From: the human T2T-CHM13v2.0 reference genome, Homo sapiens
DNA: 64,000 bases
Assembly: GCF_009914755.1 (NCBI RefSeq)
Contig: NC_060932.1
Reading direction: 5' to 3' (one strand)
Shown: one piece after another, positions 50,645 through 63,620 of the stretch
How the letters are laid out: the number at the start of each line of letters is the position of its first letter
Numbering within the stretch: the stretch's first letter is position 1
Translations under genes and position numbers: made by a program
Notes under the pieces: generated by a model
Seen by the model: the letters and a program-made list of their open reading frames with translations, nothing else
Databases searched by the model: none
Told to the model about the DNA's origin: nothing

Positions 50645-52315
50645 TCATTTTATATTTCATTTCATTCATATAAAATACTTTCTAAGTTCCCTTTTGATTT
50701 CATCTTTGACCAGCAACTTATTTAAAAATGTGTTTTTTTCTCTAATATTTGGATTATTTCCATATATCTTTGTGTTATTGATTTCTGATTTAATTCCATT
50801 ATGTTAAGAGATTATAATTTGTATGATTGAATGCATTCAGTCTTAAAATTTATGGTATATATTGGTGCTTGTTTTATGCACAAGATAAGGTACATTTCAG
50901 TAAATGTTTCACATGCACTTCAGGAAAATGAGTATTCTGCTGTTATTAAGGAAATTATTCTATAAATATCAATTAGATCAAACTTGTTGATAATGTTGCT
51001 CAAGTTCTTATCTTCTACTTTTTAAAATAAATGATTGAGAGGAGAGTATTGAAATCTGTGACTGTAATTGTGAATTTTTCTTTTTTTGCTGTTCTATCAG
51101 TGCTTGCTTCTTATATTTTGAAGATCTTTTATTAATTGTGTATTTTTGGATTTTTATATCTTGTTGATGAACTGATCACTTTATTAACAAAAAATGACTT
51201 TCTTTACCTCTGGTAATGTTCTTTGTTCTAAAATCTACTTTTTCTATTATTAATATAGCAACTCCAGCTTTTTTAAAAACTAGTGTTACCATGATTTATC
51301 TTTTACTATGTTTTAAATTTTAACCTATTTGTGTCTTTATATTTAAAATATGTTTCTTGTAAGTAGAATTTAAATGATTGTTCTATTTTATTCACTCTAT
51401 TATATTCTGAATTTTAATTGGAGTATATGGATCACTTACAATTAATGTGCTATTAATATTTTGTGTTTAGGTCTATTACCTTGCTGTTTGTTTTCTATTT
51501 GCTCCACTCATTCTTTTTCTCCCTTCTTTTGGATTAACTGAATATTTTTATCACTCGATTTTATTTCTTCATTGAACAAGTATAACTTTTTTGTTGTTAT
51601 TTTAGTGCATGCTTTATAACTTAAAGGATGCATTTTAAAAAAAATATTTCAATAGGTTTTGGGGGAACAGGTGGTATTTGGTTACCTGAATAAGTTCTTT
51701 AGTGGTGATTTCTGAGATTTTGGTGCACCCATCACCTAAGTAGTGTACATTGTATCCAATATGTAGACTTTTATCCCTCACCCACCTCTCACCCTTTCCC
51801 CCAAAAGTCCACTGTATCATTCTTAAAAGCATACATATTTAAATTACCACAGTCTACCTCCAAGTGCTATTATACTACTTTGTATGACAAAAGAACTTGA
51901 TGACAGTATCTTCCATTTCTCCTTCCCTTAGTTTCATGTCACTTTTGTAATATATTGTACTTTTGACATGTTATACTTCCCACAATACATTGTTATGATA
52001 TCTGTTTAAGGAATCCATCACCTTTAAACATTAATAAGAAAAATGTTGTACATTTTCTTATGGAGTTACCATTCCCAGTGTTCTTGTTTCTTTGCATGGA
52101 ACCTGATTTCCATCTGGTATCATTTTTCTTTTTCATAACAGACTTCCTTTAACATTTATTCTGGTGTAGGTATGTTGGAAATTAGTTCATTCAGATTTTA
52201 TATGTCTGAAAAAGTCGTCATTTTGTCTTCATTTTTGAAAGATAGTTTTCCTGGAAATAGAAGATGCTACTCCACTGCCTTCTCATTTGCATTATTTCTA
52301 TGAAAACATTTGCTA
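50645..52315 (-). mobile_element. Old L1M ORF2/ORF1 fragment (host of the L1PB insertions; resumes ~59410-59460)
   Basis: Antisense L1 text 'gttattgatttctgatttaattcca', 'gtctgaaaaagtc...tttttgaaagat'. Confidence 0.8.
51635..51824 (-). mobile_element. L1PB1-like 3' end
   Basis: 'tttcaataggttttgggggaacaggtgg...ttctttagtggtgatttctgagattttggtgcaccc'; TSD aaaggatgcat/aaagcatacat. Confidence 0.88.
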
Positions 52316-52319
52316 ACTG

Positions 52320-52936
52320 GAGCTCTCTCTGTTCCAGAAAGATCTCTAGGCATTCAGAGTACCTGCTTGCTTGGTCAAGCAGCCTGAATCACCCCACCCC
52401 TCCTGCGTAGAGATCTTAGTGCTGGGAGACTCTGCTTCATCCCCACGAAAATCTCCAGGCACTAGAAGCACCACTTACCAGGATCAGCAGCCTGAGCCAT
52501 CCCACCCTTCCTGTGCAGAAACTCTGATGCAATGGAGGACCTCTCCACTCCAGGCTCAGGCAGATCACCAGGCATTCAGAGCACCTGTTCACCTGGTTCA
52601 GCAGCCCTAGCCATGCCCCCTTTTTGGACATAGATCTTGGTGCAGTGGGGCTTTCTCTGCTCAATGCCCAGGCAGATCTGTCAGCATCTGGAGTACTTGT
52701 TCACCTGGATCAGCAACCTGAGACACACCACCATTCCTGGACATAGATCACGTGGCAGAGAGGACCTCTCTGGTCCACACCCAGACAGATCTCCAGGCAT
52801 CTGGAGCATCAGCTAACCTGGATCAGCAGCCTGAGCCAACCCACCCCTCCTATGCAGAGATCTTAATGCAAGGAGACCCTCTCTGCCCCAGGCTCAGGCA
52901 TATCTCCAGACACCTGGAGTACCTATTTCCCTAGAT
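52320..52936 (+). repeat. ~112-bp degenerate tandem monomers (about 5.5 copies) in the L1 5' UTR
   Basis: Unit 'cagatctccaggcatctggagcacc...ggatcagcagcctgagcc' starting at ~52338, 52448, 52561, 52673, 52786 and 52899. Confidence 0.9.
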
Positions 52937-52956
52937 TAGAAGTGTAGGCCATCCCC

Positions 52957-53321
52957 TGAATCTGGAGTGGGGAGGTTGCAATGACCAGCAACTTATTTAA
53001 AAATGTGTTGTTTTTTTCTCCAATATTTGGATTATTTCCATATATCTTTGTGTTATTGATTTCTGATTTAATTCCATCATGTTAAGAGATTATAATTTGT
53101 ATGATTGAATACATTCAGTCTTAAAATTTATGGTATATATTGGTGCTTGTTTTATGTACAAGATATGATACATTTCAGTAAATGTTTCACATGCACTTCA
53201 GAAAAATGAGTATTCTGCTGTTATTGAGGAAATTATTCTATAAATATCAGTTAGATCAAACTTGTTGAGATTGCACCACTAGACTTTGGTCTGGCAACAG
53301 AGCAAGGCTCCATCTCAAAAA

Positions 53322-53368
<47 letters not shown>

Positions 53369-53389
53369 AAATAAAAAATAAAATAAAAT
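52957..53389 (+). mobile_element. 5'-truncated Alu right-arm end with (AAAT)n tail, interrupted by a 287-bp copy of 50707-50990
   Basis: 'ggaggttgcaatga|insert|gattgcaccact...ctccatctcaaaa'; 19-bp TSD agaagt(g/a)taggccatcccc at 52938 and 53390. Confidence 0.9.
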
Positions 53390-56300
53390 AGAAGTATAGG
53401 CCATCCCCATCCCTGTGCAGAGAACTTGGAGCCAAGGATGTTTCCCAGCGTTATGCCTAGGCACACCTCTGGACATTTGGTGGCTGCCCACCAGATTCTC
53501 CCTCTGTGCTGGTGCCTGCCATCAAGGGAATTTTAGGCAGACCTGCCCAGTTCAGCTCCATCTTTTTTGGGCCCTGACCCTCATGGGCTGAACAGAGAGC
53601 ATTCTAGGAATCAGCCCACTTCCTGATGCAACAGAGAGCTTCTGACATTAAACAAGAATCAAGTATATACCCAGTCAGGTTGGCCACAACTGGCTCTGAT
53701 ATATAAGTGCCATCTATGGGCTGGCAGTTAAAACTTCACAGCTCAATATGAAACCTGTGGAAAGAAGTGCATAGGGCTATAAAAGCAAAGCCAAAAAGAC
53801 CCTACCGAGCATTTGCTACAGTCACCACACCTGGGGCAGGGGAAGGAAAAGAGAAAGAAAAAATAATAATATTACAGGGAAATAAAGAAAATGAAAAAAA
53901 ATTCTACCTGCATGAAAATAATTACAAAAAGTAAAAGTGCCAGTGTCTCCAGATAAGAAGAAACCAGGACAAGAATTCTGGCACCATAAAAAAATCTGAA
54001 TGTAGTGACATCACTAAAGGATTGCACTAGATTTCCAGCAATGGTCCCTAACCAAAACAGAATCTCAAAAATGACAGATAAATAGTTCAAAGCATGGATT
54101 TCAAGGAAGCACAATAAGATCAAAGACAAAGTTGAAAATCAACACAAATAATCTTCTAAGCTAATCCAGAAAATGAAGAAAGAGATAAACATCTTAAAGA
54201 CAAATCAATCAGAGCTTCTGGAATTGAAAATCTCACCTAAGGAATTTCAAAACACAACTGAAAGCTTCATTGATAAACTGGTCCAAGCAAAAGAAAGAAT
54301 TTTAGGGATTGAAGACAGGTATTTTGAACTAACCCAGTCAAAAAATAAAGAAAAAAAATTTAAAAAATCAACAAAGTCTTCAAGAACTAGGGGATTATGT
54401 AAAGTGACCAAACCTTGGCATTCCTGAGAAAGGAGGGGAAAAGTAAACAACCTGGAATATATATTTGAGGGAATAATTTAAGAAAACTTTTCTGATCTTG
54501 CTAGAAAAGTAGACATATACAGTAGCATATGTTAGTATATGCTAGGAAAGTAGACAGATACAAGAAATCTAGAGAACACCTGCAAGATACTATACAAAAT
54601 AAACATCATCAGACTGCCCAAAGCCAAAACTAAAGAAATAATCTTAAAGACAGCTAGAAAGAAATGGCAGATCATGCACAAAGGGAACTCCATCAGGCTA
54701 ACGTGGATTTCTCAGCAGAAACCTTACAAGCCAGGAGAGAGTAGAGGCCTATTTTCAGCATTCTTAAGGGAAAGAAATTCCAGCCAAGATTTTCATGTAC
54801 CATCAAATGAAGCTTCATAAGCAAAGGAGAAATAAAATATTTTTCAGATAGGCAAGCGTTAAGGGAATTTATTACTACTAGACCAGCCTTACAAGAGGTT
54901 TTTAAGGACATTCTAAACATGTAAATGAAAGAATGATACCTGCTATCACAACAACACACTTAAGTATATAGTCCAACAGATCCTATAAACCTTATATATA
55001 AAGCAACCACATAACAGAAACTACAAAGCATTCAGCTAACAACTACACAATAGGATCAAAAACTCATTTCAATATTAACCTTCAGTGTAAATGGTCTAAA
55101 TGTTCAACTTAAAAGGCATAGAGGAATAAGCTGGATAAGAAAACAAGACCCATCTGTGTGCTGTCTTCAAGAGACCTATCTCATATGTGACAACACCCAT
55201 AGGCTCAAAGTAAAGAATTGGAGAAGGATTTACCATGCAAATTGAAAGCAAAAAAGAGATGGGTCACTATTCTTATGTCAGTAAAACAGACTTTATACCA
55301 ACTACAGTAAAAAAGGACTAAGAAGGATTTACAAAACGATAAATGGTTCAATTCAACAAAACGATATAACTATTATAAACATAATGCACCCAACATTGGA
55401 GAAGACAAAGTTAAGTACTTTGTTATAAGACAAGTACTTGTTCATAAGGCAAGTACTTCTAGACCTAAAATGCCACACAATAATACTGGAGGACTTCAAT
55501 ACACCACTGAGAGCACACTGAGAGCATTAGATAGATCATCAAGGCAGAAAACTAACAAAGAAATTCTGGACTTAAACTTGACACTTGAACAACTGGACCT
55601 AATAGACATCTACAGAATAGTCCACCCAGCAACCACAGAATACATTCTTCTCATTGGTGCATGAAACACATTCTAAAATCAACTATATTCTGAGGCATAA
55701 ATGGAATCTCAATAAATTCAAAACAGTTGAAATCATATCAAGCACACAGTTAGACCACAGTGCAATAAAAATAAACATCAATACCAAGAAGACCTTTCAA
55801 AATTACACAAGAACATAGAAATTAAACATCTTGCTCCAGACTAGCTCTTGGATGAACAATACAATTAAGGCAGAAATCAAAAATTTATTTGAAGTTAATA
55901 AAAATAGAGACAAACTTACCAAACTCTTTGAGATATACATAAAGCAGTGTTAAGAGGGAAGTTTGTAGCACTAAACACTTTAATCAAGAAAACAGAAAGA
56001 TCTCAAATTAACTATCTAACATGGTAGCCAGAGGAACTAGGAAAAAAAGAACAAACTAACCCCAAAGCTAGCAGAAGAAAAGAAATAACTAAAATCGAGT
56101 GGAACTGAACAAAATTGAGACCCCAAAATACATACAAAGAACCAATGAAACCAAATGTTGCTTATTTGGAAGAATCAACTAGATTGATAGACTGGTTGCT
56201 AGATTAACAAAGAAAAAAAGAGAAAAGATGCAAATAAGCACAGTCAGATACATAGAGGTGAACATAGATATACATACAGTCAGAACATAGAGGTTATGTT

Positions 56301-58726
56301 AAAATTGATCCCACAGAAATACAAAAGATCTGCAGAGACCATTATGAACAGTTATACTTACAAATTAGAAAATCTAAAGGAAATGAGTAAATCCCTGGAA
56401 ACACACAATTTCCCATGATTCAATCAGGAAGATATTGAAACACTGAACATACCAATATCAAGTTCCAAAATTGAACCATTAATAAAAAGACCTACCAACC
56501 AAAAAAAGCCCTGGACCAGATGGATTCATAGCCAAATTCTACCAGATGTACAAAGAAGAGCTGGTACTAACACTACTGAAACTATTTCAAAAAAAAACAA
56601 AAATCAAGAAGGAGGGACTCCTCTCTGACTCAGTCTATGAAGCCAGCATTACCCTGACACCAAAAGCTGACAAAGATGCAACAAAAAAGGAAATTACAGG
56701 CCAAGATCCCTGATGAACATAGATGTGAAAATCCTCAACAGAATACTAGCAAATCAAAATCAACAGCACATCAAAAACTTAATTCACTATGATCAAGTAG
56801 GCTTTATTCTTGGGATGAAAGCCTGGTTCAACACACATGAAACAATAAATGTGATTTACCACATAAACAGAATTATAAACAAAACTACATGATTATCTCA
56901 AAAGATGCAGATAAAGCTTTTGATTAAATCCAACATATTTTCATAATAAAATCCTCAAGAAACTAAGCATCAAAGGAACATCAAAAGAGCCATCTATGAG
57001 AAACCCAAAGCCAACATCATACTGAACAGGTAAAATCTGGAAGCATTCCCCTGGAGAACCAGAACAAGACAAGGATGCCAACTCTCATGACTCCTATTCA
57101 ACATAGTACTGAATGTGCTAGCCAGAGAAATCAAGCAAGAGAAAGAAATAAAAGGCATCCAAATAGGAAGAGAAGAGGTCAAACTATTTCTCTTCATAGA
57201 CAATATGATTTTATACCTAGAAAAAAACCCTAAGGGTTCCACCAAAACGCTCCTGCAACTTCAGTAAACTTTCAGAATACAAAATCAATGTACAAAAACT
57301 AGTAGCATTTCTATGCACAATAATATTCAAGCAGAGAGCCAAAACAAGACTATAATCCCATTTACAGTAGCCATACAAAAACATAAAATACCTAGGAAAA
57401 CATCAACCAAGGAGGTAAAAGATCTCTACAAGGAGAACTACAAAATACTGCAAAAAAAAAAAAAAAAGGTGACAAAAAAATGGAGAAAAGTCCATAGTTA
57501 CTGATCGCAAGAATCAATATCATTACAATGGCCATACTCCCCAAAGCCATCTTGTAGATTCAATGTTATTACTATCAAAGTACCAACATTATTTTTCAAA
57601 GAATTGGAGAAAAACTATTCTAAAATTCATATGTAACCACAAAAGCGCTCAAATAACCAAAGCAATTCTAAGCAAAAAGAATAAAGCCAGAGGCATCACA
57701 TTACCTGACTTCAAACTATTCTATGAGGCTACAGTAACTAAACAGTATGGTACAGATACAAAACCAGAAACATAGACCAATGGAATAAAATAGACAACCC
57801 AGAAATAAAGCTTCACACTTACATTTATCTGATCTTTGAAAAAGTTGGCAAAGATAACTGATGGATAGAGGACTCCCTGTTCAATAAATGGTGCTGGGAT
57901 AGCTGGCTAGCCACATGCAGAAGAATAAAACTGGACCCCTACCTTTTATCATCTCCAAAAATTAACTCAAGATGGATTAAAGGTTCAAATGTAAGAACTC
58001 AAACTACAAGAATCCTAGAAGAAAACCTAGGAAGCACCATCCTGGAATTGGCCTTGGCAAAGCATTTATGATGAAGTCCTCAAAAGCAATTGCAATAAAA
58101 ACAAAAACGGACAAGTGGGGCCTAATTAAACTAAGGGGCTCCTACACACCAAATAGACTATCAACAGAATAAACAGACAACCCACAGAATGGGAGAAAAT
58201 ATTTGCAAACTATGCATCCAACCAAGGTTGAATATCCAGAATCCATATGGCACTTAAACAGACATTTAAGGAAGACATACAAGTGGCCAATAAACATATG
58301 AAAAAAATGCTCCACATCTCTAATTATTAGAGAAATGCAAATCAAAACCATGAGATGCCATCTCATACCAGTCAGAATGGCTATAATTTAAAAAATAAAA
58401 TAAAATAAACCCCAGCAGATTTTGGTGAGGCTGTGGAGAAAAAGGAACACTTATACACTGTCAGTGGGAGTGCAAATTACTTTAGTTGTGGTAGAAAGTA
58501 GTTTGGAGATTTCTCAAAGGACTTGAAACAGAGCTACCATTCAACCTAGCAATCCCATTAGTAGGTATATATCCAAAAGAAATCAAATTATTCTACAAAA
58601 AGACAAATGCACTCGTGTGTTCATCACAGCACTAATCACAATGGCAAAGACATGGAATCAACCTAGGTGCCCATGAATGGTGGATTGGATAAAGAAAATG
58701 TGACATATATACACCATGGAATACTA

Positions 58727-59071
<345 letters not shown>

Positions 59072-59321
59072 TCATCATGTCTTTTACAGTAACATGGATG
59101 CAGCTGAAGGCCATTATTCTAAGCAAATTAATGGAAGAACAGAAAACCAAATATGAGTGATCTTGCTTATAAGTGGGAGCTAAACGTTGGGTATTCATAG
59201 ACATAAAGAAGGCAACAGTAGACACTGGGGACTGCTAGAGAGGGGAGGGAGGGAGCGGGGAAAGCGTTAACAAACTAACTGTTGAGCACTATGCTCAGTA
59301 CCTGCTTGATGAGATCATTCA

Positions 59322-59660
<339 letters not shown>

Positions 59661-59689
59661 TCAAAATTTAATAAGTTGTCTAGTTGAAA

Positions 59690-59830
59690 TTTCTTTTGCC
59701 ATCTCAATTTACAGATGAAAAACAAACAAAGAAAAATTTTTTTAAAAGGCCAGCAAAGTTTAATTGAGTTTCCTAACATCACAGAGCTAATTAATGTTAA
59801 AGGTAGTACTGAAACTCATCTTCTGCATCC
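59690..59830 (-). mobile_element. MIR
   Basis: 'caatttacagatgaaaaa...cctaacatcacagagctaatta'. Confidence 0.65.
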
Positions 59831-61119
59831 TAATTGAAACTTTTTTTCTCCTGGATTGCCAACAATTAGGTAGTTTTTTGGTGAACTATTTATCATTAAT
59901 ATTGTTCCTGGATGAGAACCTCCCCATACCCCACATACACATCAATTATTGTGTCCCTGTAATTTTTCTAAGCCTGACTCAGAGAGGGAGAATTTTTTAA
60001 ACGAGATTTTGTAAACTACCTTCTCGAACCACCTATTTTCCACTCCTTCCTGTAACATGACAATCTACAAAGGAGACCACAGAGAAATTCTTGGTTTCTA
60101 TTCTTTTTTAAAAGAACTCTTTCCTGACTTCTGAAGAGCCATAACTGCGCAAACTTTCAGGCATCATGTTCTAAAGATGCCAAGTTGCCTAATCTGTACC
60201 CATCACAGTAGCTGGGTGGCTTATACTATAAGCCAGTACATGATAAACCAATGTTTTTCAAACTTGAGAAAATGGACCTATTGGCGACTTTGATTTTCTT
60301 TTTCTCTCCATGGCAGTCTGGCTTAACATCCATATGTGCATAACTACTATATTCACAGAGTTGCTGTGATTGGCACGGTGGTGGGAATCCTAGGCCACAG
60401 TCATTACTTTCTTGATGTTTATCAAGGAAGCAGCCTCAAACCCAAGAAGATAATATATTAGGGGTTGAGCAGTGGCGATTGGTGAGTGCCCACCTAGATT
60501 AAATCCAGATATTATTCAAAGCCGAGTAAACACTGTAGTTCTCCAGCTTCTCCCTGCCATCTTCCACTTCCTTACCTGGAGTGCTCCACATTGAAAAAAA
60601 TTGAAAGATGACCCCCAGTGTCTAAACGAGATGGAGACAGGGTTAGGTTCAAAACCTAAGTTTCTCTTTTGACAGCCTTTTATAGCTCAGGGTCATGATA
60701 TGCCAGAGTTTCCATTTATTGCAAAGCTTCTCATATGGATTCACGGAAGTCTTTAAATTCTCAACCTTGAGAAACACTGCAGAAACACTGAAGATGGCAA
60801 CAAGGGTCTGAGTGAGAGTTGATAGCAGAGCTATATTAAAGAAATTAGTTGGGATATTAGCGGGAATATAAAGCAATTATGGAATAAAGGACTACTTAAA
60901 GTTATTTAATAATCTTGAGTAAATACTAGCAGAATCCTCTACTAGACACACATACATATGCACAAATGATTCAACACATTTTTTGCCTGTCAGCTTGGTT
61001 TGTTCCTACTCTTTCTTTTAATTTTTGTATTTAATTAGGATCAATATTGGCTTTTGCAGCATCAAACATTGGAAACCTTATTCATTAATATTCCTCTAAC
61101 ATTGGCAGTAGCAACAATG

Positions 61120-61320
61120 TTATAATTGCACAAATACTAGCGATGTACTTACCTAAATCCTTTAAATCACCTCTAATCTAACAATAACCAGGTAGCTATA
61201 ATTATCTCAGTTTTCAGCTGACAAACTAGCATCTCAGAGAGGGTGAGGAACTTGCCCAAGGTCACACAGCTGGCAGGTCATAGAGTCAGGATTCTGTTTG
61301 GTCCCAAAGTCCTTACTTTT
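61120..61320 (-). mobile_element. MIR
   Basis: 'ctcagagagggtgaggaacttgcccaaggtcacacagct'. Confidence 0.85.
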
Positions 61321-61998
61321 GCTGTTAAAATTATAGCTGAAGTTAAGTTATTCCTCCCTGATTACTCTGTTCTCCTAACTCCAAGGGTGGTCATCATTAT
61401 TATAATCTTGGAGCTGCTTCAAAGACATGGCGGCCCTGCAGATTCAACTACAGGATGAGAAAAGCAAATAAAGAGTGTTCATTTTCAGCCTTTATGTGAG
61501 CCTTTTTATCTTCAAAGTCCTTTGTGAATATTAAACAATTAATCCCCCTGGAAGCCCTCAGTATTGGGAAGAGTGAACGTTTCCATTCATGTTGACAGAT
61601 TCCTATTGCTGTGGGTGAAGTTTCGCCTTTCAGACTGTGTTTCTAAAGCCTGAAAGCCTTTCCAGATGAATGAAGCACATTTTTATTCACATGTCTCTCC
61701 CAGGTGTATGAGGGAGTTGCTGAGGTGTCTAAACACAGTGCTTTTTAAGTACCTTCGAGGAGTTAAAAATCTTTGCAGGCTCTGCTTTCTGAACACGTAC
61801 ACATGCACACGTGCACACACACACACACACACACACAGTTTTTATGCACACACCTACACACATATATAGTTATTATTAATCAGAGAAGTTGATGGTATGT
61901 GTATGCATGTTACTGGTGCTTGTGTGCTATTCCAGACAAAATGGCACATAAAAGAGACTTCTCTGTTACAGCTAAAGTCACAGCCAAGCTATACAGTT

Positions 61999-62072
61999 GT
62001 CTCTGTGGTGCGCTTGCTTAGTACGTTTGGTTGTTAACTGAAGGGTTAGTTGTTCAAACTCACCCAGGGATG
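61999..62072 (+). pseudogene. tRNA-Asn(GTT) pseudogene, full 74 nt
   Basis: Ungapped match to the recalled mammalian tRNA-Asn (GTCTCTGTGGCGCAATCGGTTAGC...CCCACCCAGGGACG) with 17 substitutions; anticodon GTT at 62033-62035; A and B boxes damaged. Confidence 0.9.
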
Positions 62073-62139
62073 ATTTGATCGTCTCTTCAGGAACTTGTGA
62101 GCAATGCATTTCAGGAATTCATTACTCCTTTGTGAAGCG

Positions 62140-62290
62140 CTGGTGCAGTGTTCTCTAAACTGGTCTGTTCTGCTAAATATCACCCCAGGTACTTGTTAAA
62201 ACCACAAGTTCCAGTACCTTGAGGTTCTGATCCAGTTGTTCTGAGAAGGTGCCTGAAAATCTGTCCTTGTAAAGACATACCCTTCATTTC
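62140..62290. mobile_element. MER5A-like MITE
   Basis: 'cagtgttctctaaact...tcaccccaggtacttgttaaaa...ttctgatccagttgttctgag...aaatctg'. Confidence 0.65.
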
Positions 62291-63079
62291 CGGAAAATTA
62301 TCATCATCATTCAAGTTCACATAGAAGCTGTGTATAAAATAAAGGAATTGGCTCCAGAGTCACACTGTTCAGGACTGAATTTCTGCTTTTTCATTTGCCA
62401 GCTCTGAAAAATTTCCCAGCCCCCTTCTAAAGTAGCCAGCAGTGACTCTTGATCATAGCATCATGCTGTAATTCTCAACACATTGGTATCTGATGTTTTC
62501 ATCTTCATTTTATTGTTTGCTCATTGTCCGTTTCTCTTAATTTGCCACCGCCCAACTCTTCCCACAGTGGTCTTGTCCTTTGTCAATTTAGCTAAGCTGA
62601 GGGTGAGTTGAGGCTGCATTTGGTTGGCCGTCAGAACTTCCTGCATGAGATTTGAGAGGTGAGAGTGAAGTGGCAGCCGATGTTCTCCAAAGGTCATCAT
62701 TAGTTAGAAGAGGTGAGGGACAGATGCAAAGAGGCCAGTAGTTTCCAGCTTGTCATCTCTTTTCCTCACTACATGTCAAGGCCTCCTTCTGACGTCCAGC
62801 CCTGCAGACCAATGACAACCACAGGCTCCTACCAGGTGCCACTCTGTGAACCCCCAGAGGGGGGCAGCCACCAAGAGCCAGGCTTCTATACCATTCTGGG
62901 AGCCAGACTTGCCTATTGCCACTCTTTCACTCACTCAAGAGCTGATTAAGTTCTATTCTGATGGTTTTTAAAAACTGTATATTCCCAGCAACTCCCACAA
63001 TTGTGTAAGGTTGAATAATGCCTTATTTAATATCATTTGTTGTGATTCCATCTTCATGATTAAACCCTAATGGCTTCAT

Positions 63080-63340
63080 GTAAATTGTGTGAAGTCTAAG
63101 ACCTGGACTGTCTTGTTCATCACTATTTCCTCAATTCCTAGAACTGAGCCTTACACGCATTCAATAAGTATTCGCTGAACAGCTGGTGAAAGTGACAGTT
63201 TCCTTATCTATAAAATGGGGGTACTAATGCTTCTCTCATTTAGTTGGGTAAGAATAAATGAAATACGATATAAAGAGCTCATTAGTGTTGCTGGCAGAAA
63301 GTAAGTAAGCACTGATATATGATAGTTGTTGCTGTTGTTA
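63080..63340 (+). mobile_element. L2 3' end followed by MIR core and tail
   Basis: 'tgtcttgttcatcactatttcc...tcaataagtatt'; 'cagtttccttatctataaaatgggg'. Confidence 0.7.
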
Positions 63341-63469
63341 TTGTTGTTGTTACGGCTTTAAAAATATCAAATCTGCCACATGGAATCAAGCACTTATAAG
63401 TGTGTGATACAGTCTGTCTCAAGAGTCAATCATCTCCCAATCAAACTGAATTTAGCCTTGCCTCTGCCC

Positions 63470-63620
63470 TAGAATCATAATGGCATCCCAGGGAACTAAA
63501 GAGCCAGAGAGAATGCTAATGAGTCCCAGTCCAACACCCATGTTCAAGAGATGAGAGAACAGAGGCCTGATCAGTGAAGAGATTAACCAAAGCTATCCAC
63601 TAGTTAGAACTAGTAATACG
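63470..63620 (-). mobile_element. MIR3/MIRc fragment
   Basis: 'agaatcata...cagtccaacacccatgttcaagagatgagagaacagaggcc'. Confidence 0.6.

Noticed and set aside
52320-52936. Repeat-encoded ORFs (DQQPEPSHPS...)
   Set aside because: Short translations of L1 5' UTR monomers, broken by stops.
60480-61160. Isolated splice-donor-like motifs (ggtgagt; cttacc on the minus strand)
   Set aside because: No convincing paired acceptor or coherent exon; expected by chance.
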